From Phoronis australis (Eukaryota; Animalia; Phoronida), in contig NMRA01000171.1 in NCBI GenBank assembly GCA_002633005.1, positions 1 through 64,000 on the forward strand: a DNA stretch of 64,000 nucleotides, in the 5' to 3' direction. The notes beneath the pieces are model-generated. The model searched no databases, had not been told where the DNA came from, and saw only the letters and a list, made by a program, of their open reading frames with translations. Position 1 is the first letter of the stretch, and each line of letters starts with the position of its first letter. Made by a program: the position numbers and the translations under genes. Below, in pieces: positions 1-12,315 of this stretch.

Positions 1-70
1 TGCTCTGCCTTCGGCAGCTTGGCTGGGGCCCGCCTAAGTTCTACACCGCCGGGAGCCTGCCTGCGCTGCC
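1..70. repeat. End of a 57-bp GC-rich minisatellite array (same unit as 5245-6015), truncated by the window edge
   Basis: cggcagcttggctggggcccgcctaagt...ggagcctgcctgcgctgcc matches the 5.2-6.0 kb unit in the same orientation. Confidence 0.85.
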
Positions 71-299
71 TGTCATGAGATTCACGTTTGTGACCCTACA
101 AGAGTATTCTTGTAATTGGTTATGCTCCAATACAGCGATATGAATTTGAAAAATATGAAAATATAAAAATCACTCATGCCTCAAATTTCAGGATGAAAAA
201 AAACAGGAATGGTTTCTGTGTTCTGAATTAAAGAGGCTGCCCCAAACACAGATCTAATTACTATCATCAATTTTGTCACCTTTGCTTAAAATTGTATTT

Positions 300-830
300 T
301 AAAAACAATTACCAGCTATAAATGTGATCCATCTCTTGCAATGAAAAATGTTCAAACTTACACTATTGCCGGCATGATGGTGAATGCACGCAACAGTCAA
401 TAGCCTCTGTACGGCACAGAGTTGAGGCTTTATGGCAAACATCTACAAATATGTCCCATACATTATGGCTACAGTGAAGTCATTCTTAGTCATACCAATA
501 AGTAGTGAATGACACATGGTGACAGAAGTGGTAGCCCATGTAGACGATTTTCCACTTCTTTCACAATTTTCCAAAGAAGCGGCTTGCCATCCAGGTCCCT
601 CGAGGAAAGTCTAAGCACACTTTTGTCTGAAGTCTTCCAAAGATCATCCAAACATGTACTGATTTTAAACAACAGTTTCCGATCAATTCGCTAAGTTGAA
701 TCTTTAGGCATGTTTGATAGGAATGGGTTGGATTGTTGATAATCCTCAGATATTGATACCCATGGTCAACTAACTCGAACTCAAAATTTAACAATCTCTT
801 TGCTCCTGTTGGCTTCATAGAAACAGATAA
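300..830 (-). pseudogene. Possible highly decayed hAT-like transposase fragment
   Basis: Frameshifted minus-strand pieces (VLRLSSRDLDGKPLLWK, CVIH, HCKRWI) loosely recall hAT CxxH and TRW motifs; weak. Confidence 0.2.
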
Positions 831-1948
831 CGAATCAATTACTACATGTATCTACCGATCTTCAAACTGACCCACATTCTTGCTGATTTCTGCAGCTACG
901 TGAGTTTTAAACAAATCGAAGTGCATGAGCTGCAGATAAACACAGGCCTGGTGTCCATCAAATCGTTGTTGAATTGAATGTGAACGAGTGCAAAGAAATC
1001 CAAGTACGTTTGCTTTAATGCAGCATTTTTTAAATTTGTGTGCATGAGAGTCAGAACATAACAGTTTGCCGTGTCTTTGATCTTGCCTTTTTCAGTGGAG
1101 TATTACAGTTCATCATCTGAAATTAAATATAAATAGCAAAGGCTTTCAATTTTTACTAACATGACTGATGTGCCACCTAGAATTATCAGTGTTCAAGTGA
1201 GTTGACTTACGACTGCAAAATCTTAATCACTGATCAATTTTAGTACTGCAAATGGGAAATATGTTTTATAAAGTTTTTGCAGAAATTCTATAGTTACCGT
1301 ACAGAATTATAAATTAGGACTCTATTTGGATATAACGGTCCCTGACATGGATAACAAGTTTCATCCACTGATAGTAACATATGGAAGATTTAAGGCGAAT
1401 TATGCCTCACAGCTGGCGAGCACGGTAAAAATAGGGGGGCGCGCATTGTAAAACTGACGCTTTGGGCAACTGGACGAAGGACTGATCGGAAAAAAAGTCT
1501 GATTATGGAAGTATTTGTTGGGGTTAGAAGAAATTAAAGACATCAATGGGCATCTAAGGTGTTTCTCTATGCAAAAACATTTGCCAGTCGTATCAAGTGT
1601 TTTTCTGAACATATTTTGCCAGCAGTTGTATTCTAAGAACAAGGTCATGGCTGGCATCTAAGTCGACCGCCAGCAAACTCACCGGTGATGGCATAGAATA
1701 TTCTTGGAAGCTTACAGTGTATTTACTGTTCCAGGATAGCATGTCCTCCTCCAACAAAAGCTTGCTTGTCACTAGCTCTGGCAATAATCCGTGCTAAAAC
1801 AGCACACCATCAGAGTTCGTTCTCGCATTACATTTAGGAGGAAGAGGCATCTATCTGCAGTGCTCATTTATCTGCCGTGCTCATTTATCTGCCAGTGAAG
1901 CCAGGTTTCGAACCCGTGTCTCCTAAATTAACGAGTCAATATACCTCC

Positions 1949-2929
1949 CAGTGGCGGATCTAGGATATCACAAGGCGGGGGGGGCAACATTTTGTCCGGC
2001 TGGAAGCATTTGTGCAAACTGAACCACGATTGTAGATGCGCATAGCACCGAATGGGNNNNNNNNNNNNNNNNNNNNNNNNNNNNNNNNNNNNNNNNNNNN
2101 NNNNNNNNNNNNNNNNNNNNNNNNNNNNNNNNNNNNNNNNNNNNNNNNNNNNNNNNNNNNNNNNNNNNNNNNNNNNNNNNNNNNNNNNNNNNNNNNNNNN
2201 NNNNNNNNNNNNNNNNNNNNNNNNNNNNNNNNNNNNNNNNNNNNNNNNNNNNNNNNNNNNNNNNNNNNNNNNNNNNNNNNNNNNNNNNNNNNNNNNNNNN
2301 NNNNNNNNNNNNNNNNNNNNNNNNNNNNNNNNNNNNNNNNNNNNNNNNNNNNNNNNNNNNNNNNNNNNNNNNNNNNNNNNNNNNNNNNNNNNNNNNNNNN
2401 NNNNNNNNNNNNNNNNNNNNNNNNNNNNNNNNNNNNNNNNNNNNNNNNNNNNNNNNNNNNNNNNNNNNNNNNNNNNNNNNNNNNNNNNNNNNNNNNNNNN
2501 NNNNNNNNNNNNNNNNNNNNNNNNNNNNNNNNNNNNNNNNNNNNNNNNNNNNNNNNNNNNNNNNNNNNNNNNNNNNNNNNNNNNNNNNNNNNNNNNNNNN
2601 NNNNNNNNNNNNNNNNNNNNNNNNNNNNNNNNNNNNNNNNNNNNNNNNNNNNNNNNNNNNNNNNNNNNNNNNNNNNNNNNNNNNNNNNNNNNNNNNNNNN
2701 NNNNNNNNNNNNNNNNNNNNNNNNNNNNNNNNNNNNNNNNNNNNNNNNNNNNNNNNNNNNNNNNNNNNNNNNNNNCACACATTTAAATCTTTTTTCATCC
2801 GTATAATTTTAATTACCGGGGTTAATTAATAAACTCATCATTTCCCTACGCTCTTACTGTTTTATTTTTTTGCGGCAGCCAAGGGGGGGGGGGCCCGGGC
2901 CCCCTGGGCCCCCCCTAAATCCGCCTATG
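1949..2929. mobile_element. Non-autonomous DNA transposon (hAT-like MITE) spanning the N gap
   Basis: Left end cagtggcggatctagg; right end cctaaatccgcctatg (13/16 inverted match); G/C-run subterminal motifs; direct repeat cctcc at 1944-1948 and 2930-2934. Confidence 0.6.
2057..2775. other. Assembly gap (N run)
   Basis: Run of n. Confidence 0.99.
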
Positions 2930-3489
2930 CCTCCTGACCCACAACAAATTGCAACAAAAGGTTTTACAGTGGTTTTATGCCCTACTGGGTATCCTTATTA
3001 ACAGGAAAAAAGCCTATCAAAATCTGACCACCGGAAATGGGTTAAAATTGCGTTATTTCCAAGATGGTCCCCACGACGTTTCAAAATCACCAAAATAGAT
3101 ATAACTTCTTCAATAATTGAGATAGAGAAATAATTTTTGGTTCTAGTCTATGGTTTTAAGGGGTGATCAACTCACTGGTTTGGTTAAAACTAAGATAGGA
3201 TGAGTATTTGATATGAAATTCAAGATGGCGGCAAAAATTCAAGAATAGTAATCACTGATTTGTACTTTATCAATTATAACGAATGTATGATTAGATATGA
3301 CCGGTTTCTGATTGAATGATCTTAAAACATTAGATTTGACTGCATTCTAACTGAACTATTTTAAAATATGAACATTGCATTAATATTTAATATTTAATCC
3401 AAAGCATTGGCTTGCATAAAAGTAACAAAAAATTGTCTAGTGCATATTTGCTTGCCACTGGTTTTTATTAAAAAAAACACACACAAGGA

Positions 3490-4970
3490 AACTAGAAGCC
3501 CAGGGCAAAATGTCAACATCTGTCTGAAGTGTCCCACAATCAGCCGCAATTGTGCAGATCATTGACAATCTTGAGAAGTCTGTGGCTGGTCTGAAGATGT
3601 TCCATACTGCTCAGGCAATGATCAAGGCAGCTCGCACTCGGTCTTGGATAATCACTTGCCAGCTGTTGGTGATGGCTTGCCAATAATTGCTGCAGCTGGA
3701 CACCACAACTACCTGAAATCTGCTTATCTCTACATGGCTAATATGGAGAGCAAACACCCGGATGTGTATGCGAAGTTTCAAAAATGGCTTTCGTATGATT
3801 CGACGAACAAACCAGTTTTGGGCAGGCCTCAGCTGTGATCTAGCCATTGAGAAAAATTACTAAATGCGATCTCTAAAAGGCACAGGGGGCTTGACTCATG
3901 GCAGTAATATAACAGAGGAGCAGCGAGCATTGTGGACAATGTTGGTCACCGTAACGTCAGAGGTGAGCATCACCTTGCGGGACTCCAATGATCTCACGTG
4001 CACAACAAGCGCACAACATAAACAAGCAACTGCTGCCAGAACTGAAAGAGATGCATGCGACTTTCCAAAGATAAGCACAAAGCTGACTGCAATTTCACCC
4101 TTCTCCTCAGACCCTGTGCTACGCAATGTCGTCAATGATGTTGTCGCAGATGTCAACGTGCATGGATATCAATCTGTTGGGAACAAAATCATTGAGAGAA
4201 TGGTTCGAAAACATGGTTTTCTTTCTTTTTTAAGAAGAAAGAGAATGTTAAGACCCTGGGAAAGGCAGCTGCAGTCCAGGTTGGTCGTGACGGAACCATC
4301 GATCCTTGCTTACTCTTCCAGTCTTCTCTGGTGATATTCCGGTAAGACGACTTGTCTCTTGAGGAAGCTGTGAGTGTCGAGCTCAGTCCACATCCGCAGT
4401 CTCTCTATGAGGACAACCTGATGAAGACGGCTGACAGACCTCAACTGGCTCAAACCGTTTATGACCGCTGTTCCAAAGCCCATGCTTTTGAAGGAGCACC
4501 TGAAACTCCACATCTTCAGTACGCCTCCAGACTGAAAGGCATGCGCTTGATGGGGGATCTTTTCTGCACAAGCAAATGGAAGAAGGGATATACCTATGGA
4601 AAAATTGTCGGAGCATGCGCTGACTTCACGGCAAAGCACTCTGAGGCAGCCACTGTTGTCTTTGATGTTTATAGTACAGGTTCTTCGATAAAGGATAACA
4701 CCGAGACGGAGACAGATCAGCAGCTATCCGACTGTGAACTTCACCGGAGAAACGGAATTTGATGATTAAGAGAGATGAATTCCTATCCACTGGCAGTAAC
4801 AAGCAACAACTGGTCGCTTTGATAAGTGGCCAGCTGCAGAAAGTGAGATGTACAGCCGTTCAAGCAGAAGGAGTCGCTGATGTGGACATTGCAAAGACAG
4901 CAGTAAAGAGTATAATATGCATTCCACCACAGTAATCGGCCAGGACAATGACATGTTGATGCTTATAACC
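3490..4970 (+). pseudogene. Decayed AcademX-like DNA transposon ORF (transposase C-terminal part plus XPG-like nuclease)
   Basis: Frameshifted motifs in order: LPIIAAAGHHNYLKSAYLY, IRRTNQFWAGLSCDLAIE, MRSLKGTGGLTHG, VVFDVYSTGSSIKD, SNKQQLVALI, QAEGVADVDIAKTA, VIGQDNDMLML. Confidence 0.7.
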
Positions 4971-5244
4971 CCTTCTCACATGAAAAGAGCTTTTCTCAAA
5001 TAAATGAGCTTCGAAAAAAGGACTTAAATTCAATACTTAATAAGGTATTGCTCAGACAATACCACACTTGCAAATTCATTAATCGGTCTATCCTATATAA
5101 AGTCGCGAGTGCCCTAAAGTCGTGAACGATCTTATTTCCTCTTCTGCGCGGTCCCGTGACATCTGGCGTTGAAGTTTCCAGCGTTCCTCTGCTTAAAAAC
5201 GTCAAACGAATACCCGGACGTGTTGGTATTCACAATATGATAAC

Positions 5245-6015
5245 CCTGCTTGCGCCACCCTCGGCAGCTTGGCTGGGGCCCGCTTACTAAGTGCCGCGTC
5301 GGAGCCTGCTTGCGCCGCCCTCGGCAGCTTGGCTGGGGCCCGCCTATAAGTGCCGCGTCGGAGCCTGCCTGCGCCGCCCTCGGCAGCTTGGCTGGCGGGG
5401 GCGCGCCTAAGTGCCGCGTCGGAGCCTCAGCCTGGGCCCGGCCCTCGGTAGCTTGGCTGGGGGCCCCGCCTAAGTGCAGCGTCGGAGCCTTCCCGTGCGC
5501 CGCCCTGGGCAGCTTGGCTGGGGCCCGCCTAAGTGCCGCGTCGGAGTCTGCCTGCGCCGCCCTCGGCAGCTTGGCTGGGGCCCCGCCTCAATGCTACGTC
5601 GGAGCCTGCCTGCGCTGCCCGGCCTCGGCAGCTTGGCTGGGGCCCGCCTCGATCAGTGCTACGTCGCAGCCTGCCTCAGTCATGCTCTGCCCTCGGCAGC
5701 TTGGGGCCCGCCTCAGTGCTACGTCGGAGCCTGCCTGCGCTGCCCTCGGCAGCTTGGCTGGCACCCGCCTCAGTGCTACGTCGGAGCCTGCCTGCTGGCC
5801 CTCGGCAGCTTGGCTGGCGGGGGCCCGCCTCAGTGTTACGTCGGAGCCTGCCTGCGCTGCCCTCGGCAGCTTGGCTGGGGCCCGCCTAAGTGCTATGTCG
5901 GAGCCTGCCTGCGTTCCCCTCGGCAGCTTGGCTGGGGCCCGCCTAAGTGCTACGTCGGAGCCTGCCTGCGCTGCTTTCGGCAGCTTGGCTGGGGTCCGCC
6001 TAAGTGCTATGTCGT
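5245..6015. repeat. 57-bp GC-rich minisatellite, about 13 copies
   Basis: Unit cggcagcttggctggggcccgcctaagtgctacgtcggagcctgcctgcgctgccct; unit starts at 5864, 5921, 5978 give a 57-bp period. Confidence 0.95.
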
Positions 6016-7585
6016 GCCGTGCCTGAAAGACCATATTGAAATAAAAATTTCCCGAAACTGAATCACAATAAAACTAATCTTGATATTAGAGCCAATGCAG
6101 ATAGACGGATGTGTACCAGCTAACCTGCCTGTATTGACAAGTAAATTAGTCATAGCCTAGTTGACCATCAACTAGCTTTTATTAGTTCATCGGGAATTTC
6201 GTATTTTACTCTCTTAGATCTCAGCTACTGTTACTTGGGGTAGCTCCTCTCTATCTGTCAGTGAAATCAGGCTGGTCCTAGACCTATTCTTACTCTCCAT
6301 GAAACTTTGTTGGTTGACGGTGTTGATGGCTGCATCCCCCGGCCGGGAATGCCCCCTACCAAGGGCGGGTGCGGAAGATTCGGTACAAAATGGTGGCATT
6401 GGGGGCGGGGTGAGGCGTTGCGATGAAGGGGGGGATTTGGCGTAGTCAAAATCGTTTGCGCAGATTGTACTAAGGTTTCTTTCTTCAATTTTATTTTTCT
6501 TAAAAATAACCAGTAACAAAAAGTTTAGTTGGGGTATGTGAATGATGAGTTTCTAGTCATTTTCGTTTATTAAAAATTACAATTATCGAAAAAGACGATT
6601 ACTAATATTCTTTCCAAAAAAGTGAAGTCTCCTAACTCAAAAGCATCCAATGGCCTACTAGATGAAGTTCTCAATGGACAAGTGCAATTATACCTTATTG
6701 GTTTTGTTTTTTAGATTTCGCTAACTTCACTTTAACATCAAAATATAAAGTTATAATTTTCTTGAATAAAAACTCAGGTATGGATTCGGTGTGAAAATTG
6801 ATCCAGACCGAGACATAAACAAACAAATGGCCCTAGTGGCCACCACCGTGAAATTAAGGGCACAGCTCTAAAAACTTTTGCAGTCACCATATCCTTCTTA
6901 TGGCCAACTTGGCACGTAATGCTCCAATTATACACAGTAAAACCACAATTGAGCAAGTTTCATGAAAAATATTCAACTTTTCTCTTTTTCTCACGTTACA
7001 CTTTGGAGATTTTTTCCTAAACTTCAGTGAAGTAGTCACACAACTTGCGTTATACATTGAAACGAATCACGAATTTTCATGCAGGTGCCAAATGATTCCC
7101 TGGCCATGTGCCATTGCATTCTCTGAAAATAATCGACAGAAATTAATCGGGGTTCCGCAAAAATTTGAAACATTGTCCATAAATTCAAATAAACTCCAAC
7201 TTGAAATATGCTGAGCGCATAACGATTAGATCGCAGACCTTAGGTGGAATTAGCCGACAAGCTTGACGTGAAAACCATTAAATGCCTGTTCATTTAAAAA
7301 TCTTTGAGGGGAATGACTTTCTTTTTTATCAGCAAAGGTTAATATTGTTTAGTTTCACCGCTAGTCAATAGATGGCGAGTTGAAAGACGAAAAAACAACG
7401 AAGGACACATCAACTTGGTCTGTATTTCACAGAAAACAAAACAATGTTGTTTTGCAGCGCATTTATAAATAACCAACAAAATGACAGAGTTCAAACACGT
7501 GGGCACTCTGAGATAACAAAAGAGTTTGCTGAACAGGCCATCCACTATAAAGACATCAATCAACCAGTCAACACAGGACACATTA

Positions 7586-7870
7586 AGCTGCACTTCGCTG
7601 TTTAAAAGGCAAAAAAAAATTTGAAAATCGAGTAAGGCAATTTACTCTCACAAAATTGGTCTAAAAACAATAATTGCCCCCGACAGGATTCCATTCAGCG
7701 ACGGTTTATTGGGGTTGAGTTTGAAAATGGCGCATTTACGCATTGCTTGTTACTCGAGTTGAGCAACGGAAATGGAATCCTACCACGATAAGAAATCTCA
7801 AGAGACCGGTTTTATGAGAGTAAAAGGCCAATTCTATTTTTAGCCAGCTAAACCGTATTAAGTCCGGCTT
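7586..7870. mobile_element. Degenerate palindromic MITE, related to 30578-30960
   Basis: Shared blocks ggca(a/t)tttactct and atgagagtaaaaggc...ttttagccag at both loci; the arms are inverted copies of each other. Confidence 0.5.
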
Positions 7871-8147
7871 TAGCAAAAGTTTGTAAGTGACCAACGTGAA
7901 ACAAATAGACAGCATTACAAAATAACAAAACTAGGAAAAGATGTACGATGCAATTCTTTACAAACTCAGAAATCACTCCTCTTCTGAGCAAGAGACCAGT
8001 TGAGACCAATGTTACCAGTGGTCTAAATCACAAATTCGTTTCTTGAACAGAACTTGCATTGCCGGATAGTCACTTTACTTATTAAGTTTTCGAATAGCCA
8101 CAATTCTAGAAATAACATAACCAGTTATTACCTGCAATCCCACCACC

Positions 8148-8220
8148 CATGGGCGGCGCAGAACTGATATGAGCGGGGGCTATAGCCCCTCCCCCAGCCC
8201 CCTGTGGTGCGCCATCCATG
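8148..8220. mobile_element. 73-bp hAT-like MITE remnant
   Basis: catgggcggcgca ... tgcgccatccatg inverted ends with internal gggggctatagcccc; no clear TSD. Confidence 0.45.
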
Positions 8221-8718
8221 CAATATGCAACGACCATCACATCTGAAGTCAGGGCGTTTGCAAAAGCCAAACGTTTTACTGTCGAATCAAACTGATTTGG
8301 GATGGTCAAGTATATTGAACATGAAGAGGGTACAGAATACAACGGGGAGAACTCGTTGTTCAAATGATAAACACGTGGGCATAAACAATTTATGTCCATC
8401 AGAGAACATTTTGCATTAACTCATTTGTGCTGGTAAAAGATGAATAACGGTAACTCAACCACAAAGAAACTATAATTATTTCCCTGCAAAACGTTGGATG
8501 CTTCCTTATTCCCAATCCAGACAGAGCTCCACATTTATCCACAAAATACACTAGTTCTACCATCATCCAGATACTGGACCATGAAAATAACAGCAGGACA
8601 AATCATTTTAATCAAAACAAATAAGATAACTTATTCTGAAAGCTAAAAGTTAGCCGCTCCAGTGATACTGCATTAGCAGGAAGCTTTGCTTCTTTAGTTT
8701 TCACAAACATGCATATTC

Positions 8719-9819
8719 AAAACAAGAGCAACGAAATTGCCATTAGGGGGCACAGTGTTCATCGGATCCGTCTAAAAGTCGTCATCTTCTCTTATTAAGG
8801 TCATAAATTCACGTGCTAAATTTAATAAAGATCCTGCAGAGGGCTTAGGGGATACAGGTATGAGTGCAAAAAAAAACTGCCACTAGGAGGCGCCACAGTA
8901 GTCAAAGTTATCAGAAAATCATCGGCAACCGTCCCCTTCACAGAAAGTACATACATACCAACTTTCACAATCATCCTTAGAGTGGTTTGGTTGACAAAGG
9001 GACGAACGCCACAAAACAGACTAAAAAAACAACAAAAATGGCCACTAGGTGGCGCAAAAAACCTTGAATCAATCCTTAGCTGAATGGCTAGTGTCACCTC
9101 AATAATGGATGTCTATGTGCCAAATTTTGTGGAAATCCGTTGAGTACCTTTGAAGATACAGCGATAAACGTAAAAAAAACAGAATTGCCACTAGGTGGCA
9201 CACCGGCAGACCGATCTGTTCGAAAGTCGTCGTCGTCTGTTGTCAACTTTTTATAAATACATTTCCTAAATTTAATAAAGATCCTGTAGAGCGTTTAGGA
9301 GATACAGCCATGGGCGCAAAAACAAACAAAATTGCCACTAGGAGTGGCCACAGTAGTCGAAGTCATCGGAAAATCATCGTCAACTGTCTTCTTTATAGTA
9401 AAACCATACATGCCAATTTTCACAATCATCCTTAGAGTGGTTTGGTTGTTAGAGGGGTGGACGCCAAAAAACAACTCGAAAATAGTAAAAATTGCCACTA
9501 GATGGCGCAAAATCCATCAAAGCAATCCGAAAACGGGAGGATAGCGTCAACTCATTAATAGATGCCGATGTACTAAATTTCATGAAAATCGGTTGAAGAC
9601 CTTTGAAGATACAGAGGCAAACGTAAAAACCTAGAATTGCCACTAGGGGGCACAGCGGTATTCGGGTCGGTCCGAAACTAGTCGCCCTCTGTCCTTGACC
9701 CCATAGGAACACATCTGCCAAATTCCAATATGATCCTACAAGGGGTTTAGGAGATGCAGCTGGGGACGCCGGACGCCCAGACAGAGATGACGGCATATAA
9801 ATATGTGGGCGCATAAAAA
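8719..9819 (+). mobile_element. Helentron/HINE-like non-autonomous element with an internal ~150-bp tandem array (3-mer higher-order repeat of ~452 bp)
   Basis: Begins aaacaagagc, ends ggacgccggacgcccagacaga...gcataaaaa; shared motif at 8740, 8880, 9042, 9188, 9335, 9495, 9640. Confidence 0.65.
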
Positions 9820-11052
9820 TTGACACACCTCTCTACCAGCCAACAGCATTTAAAAGGATGCCAAAACCCAGTTTCGGCATATTAACATATACAAAAAACG
9901 ACTTTCCCATCCACTTCTCCGAAACAAAAAACGCTCTGCAACTCTCAGCAACCCTCAAAAGTTTGGAGGAAAATCTGAAAACTCCTTTCAACAGCTGGGA
10001 AACCAGCAAGCGTGACCTACACTTTTAACCAATTATACTTTTAACCTATTATAGGGCATCTGTGGGAAAAGGCCACCCACCAAGCTCCATAACCTCCAGT
10101 ATGACGAGGAAGAATGAGTTTTTAGTTGATCCCTACTTTTAACTTGAACGACTGATGCCAACGAAGCATTAGCAACTGACAGGGTTTGGTATCCTTTCAA
10201 GTGTCAGCTTATTAGTTCTACTGACTTCAGCTTAACCCATTTGGCCACTAGGTGGAGTTTCAGCATTAATTATACATCCAGGGACAACAATAAGCAACCA
10301 CAAAAGTGTCGGTGGGTACATAAGTAATGAAAGGATTCTTTTAAAGCATGGGCTACAAAGTCATGTGGGACCTTTTCAACAAGTTGTGTGCATTTAGCAA
10401 AATATCTGCAAAACTATAGACTTTAACTCTGCAAAAGTATATACTCCTAAAAATAGAAAACCTGTAGAATTTGAATAATACTTAATACTGACCAGCCATT
10501 AGTAGGGTAATGTTTTTCAATTAAAGTTAGCAAAAATGAAAGGTACATTCATAGTAAAACACCAAATTCAATAACATAAAACACATTTTGTTTTGTATAA
10601 AACGCTGTTGCAGTTTTGTAATTTTCCTCCCATTCTCGTCTGGTACTAACTTTTGAGTTGCTTCATAAAAATTCTTAGATTCGTATTTTTATAGCCCCTC
10701 ATGGCTAAGTAAAACATCATTTTGAAAAACAGCACATTAAATACAGTACCTGAAAGCTTCATTTGAATGTTATAAGATATGTTTACGGGGGTAACAGTAA
10801 AGTTTCCATAAATACAAACAAAAAATAATTGTCAAAATTGCAATTATTAAATTTTTGAAGCGCTCACTGTATAGCAAAAATGTTCAAAATTTCATTTTGT
10901 GTTGGTTGATGGCATCCATCCTATATGACCTTTTCAAATAATCAAGTAAAACTGTTTTCTTGTATAAGCTCTTGAAATTTTTGATAAATAGAATGTTACC
11001 CTTCCACTATAATTGTGTTCTAATTTAAAGAAACTTTGCCCCACATGTAACT

Positions 11053-12315
11053 TCAATCTTGGTGCTGGTGAATACTATTTCTTATGGTATCCTTGTCTTC
11101 ACCCAGACTTATTTGTTGATGACATAAGGGGCACTTGTCCTGTTGGTAAAGCCATTTTCGAAGACAGTTGCTATGGAAATAATGTCGACACTGTGTTACT
11201 CTAGCCACATTGAGCTCATGAAAACAGATTGCACAAAGTTCCGTATCTTTGCCACATTCGACCAGTTGCTCATGTGTTAGTTCTGGTAAAAGACTGATCT
11301 TGTGAACAGCAGTCCTTCTGCGTTGAAATTTGAGCCAGCCCTCCTTGGCTTGAACCCAAATGTTAAAGTAGGCATGAATACACATCATAATTGCACGAAT
11401 CATTCCACCTGATTCAAAGAGCATTATGTAACCACCATTGCAGAATAAGAAAATTCCAAAGATAAATTCAACACAAGCTCCGCCCCCTTTTACAAAATAA
11501 ATATAATCATCCAGCTTCTCCCAATAGCCCTCGGTGTGTGTGTCCACCATGAACATGGTGTAGACTATTAATGACACAAACACTTTCACCATGACTTCGA
11601 TGCTAAATGCAGTGACTGCCAGTAACCAGGTGCTTATCTCGTGATGTGACCACAGCCAAAGAACAAAACAGCAGGGCAGTAATACCAGACAGGCACACAC
11701 AAACAGGACACGGGCGTGTTTCCTAGGTGATTGGTAACCCATGGCGCTGAGCTGCTCCAGTATGGGATTGACCATTCCATGCGTGAAATGCAGCACAGCC
11801 GTCGAGAGAAGACAAAAGTTCTTATAAAGTCTCAGCAATCTCTTGTCAGGCACCAGACTGGTCAGGCCCGTCTGTAGGGACAAAATGAAGAAGAGCACTG
11901 CACTCACAGTGCCCATAGACTTATCCTCATCGTTTGTACTGCCTACAAACATAGCTAATGCTATACCAAGAAGGTGCATGAAAAACGCAATGATGCTGGT
12001 TAGTCCAAGCAAGGCGATGACAGTTTCTGAGCTGCGGATTAACAATTTTGAAAGGGTGGTATTCACAATTTCTAAGAAAGATAAACAATTTTCTCCACAG
12101 CTGTCCTCCTGTTCTAAAATCTCCGAAGTATAAAAGACTGCGTAGACTACCATAAGAATGGTCCAAAATGTCTTGAGAACGTTCGACACGTGCAATCTTT
12201 TCCACTGTATCTCAAGGAAGGTGGGAATTCCGAATGTTTTGATCACATGTTCTGCCAGCTTAAACATGCGGACAATGAATGAACACACAGCTTGAAGACT
12301 GAGGACAGTGTACAA
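11053..12315 (-). CDS. RNF139: RNF139/TRC8 last coding exon (TM region and RING-H2)
   Basis: Acceptor ttttctatttttcag|TTG, phase 0; TGA at 11055-11053. Confidence 0.92.
   Translation of the reverse strand: MYTVLSLQAVCSFIVRMFKLAEHVIKTFGIPTFLEIQWKRLHVSNVLKTFWTILMVVYAVFYTSEILEQEDSCGENCLSFLEIVNTTLSKLLIRSSETVIALLGLTSIIAFFMHLLGIALAMFVGSTNDEDKSMGTVSAVLFFILSLQTGLTSLVPDKRLLRLYKNFCLLSTAVLHFTHGMVNPILEQLSAMGYQSPRKHARVLFVCACLVLLPCCFVLWLWSHHEISTWLLAVTAFSIEVMVKVFVSLIVYTMFMVDTHTEGYWEKLDDYIYFVKGGGACVEFIFGIFLFCNGGYIMLFESGGMIRAIMMCIHAYFNIWVQAKEGWLKFQRRRTAVHKISLLPELTHEQLVECGKDTELCAICFHELNVARVTQCRHYFHSNCLRKWLYQQDKCPLCHQQISLGEDKDTIRNSIHQHQD

Larger units (their letters stand above)
1895..2950 (-). mobile_element. 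tRNA-derived SINE head split by a MITE insertion
   Basis: Removing 1949-2929 and one cctcc gives minus-strand tgtgggtcaggaggtat (A-box-like) ... gggttcgaaacctggc (B box) with tRNA-like spacing. Confidence 0.5.

Noticed and set aside
1895-1948. tRNA gene
   Set aside because: Only A/B-box remnants without a full cloverleaf; better explained as a SINE head
1928-2806. Long ORFs of 244-284 aa
   Set aside because: Artefacts of the N run
5245-6015. CRISPR array or repetitive protein (ORFs 5250-6026, 5474-6061, 5533-5889, 5594-6034)
   Set aside because: No unique spacers or cas genes, eukaryotic context; ORFs arise from a GC-rich 57-bp unit and switch register at indels
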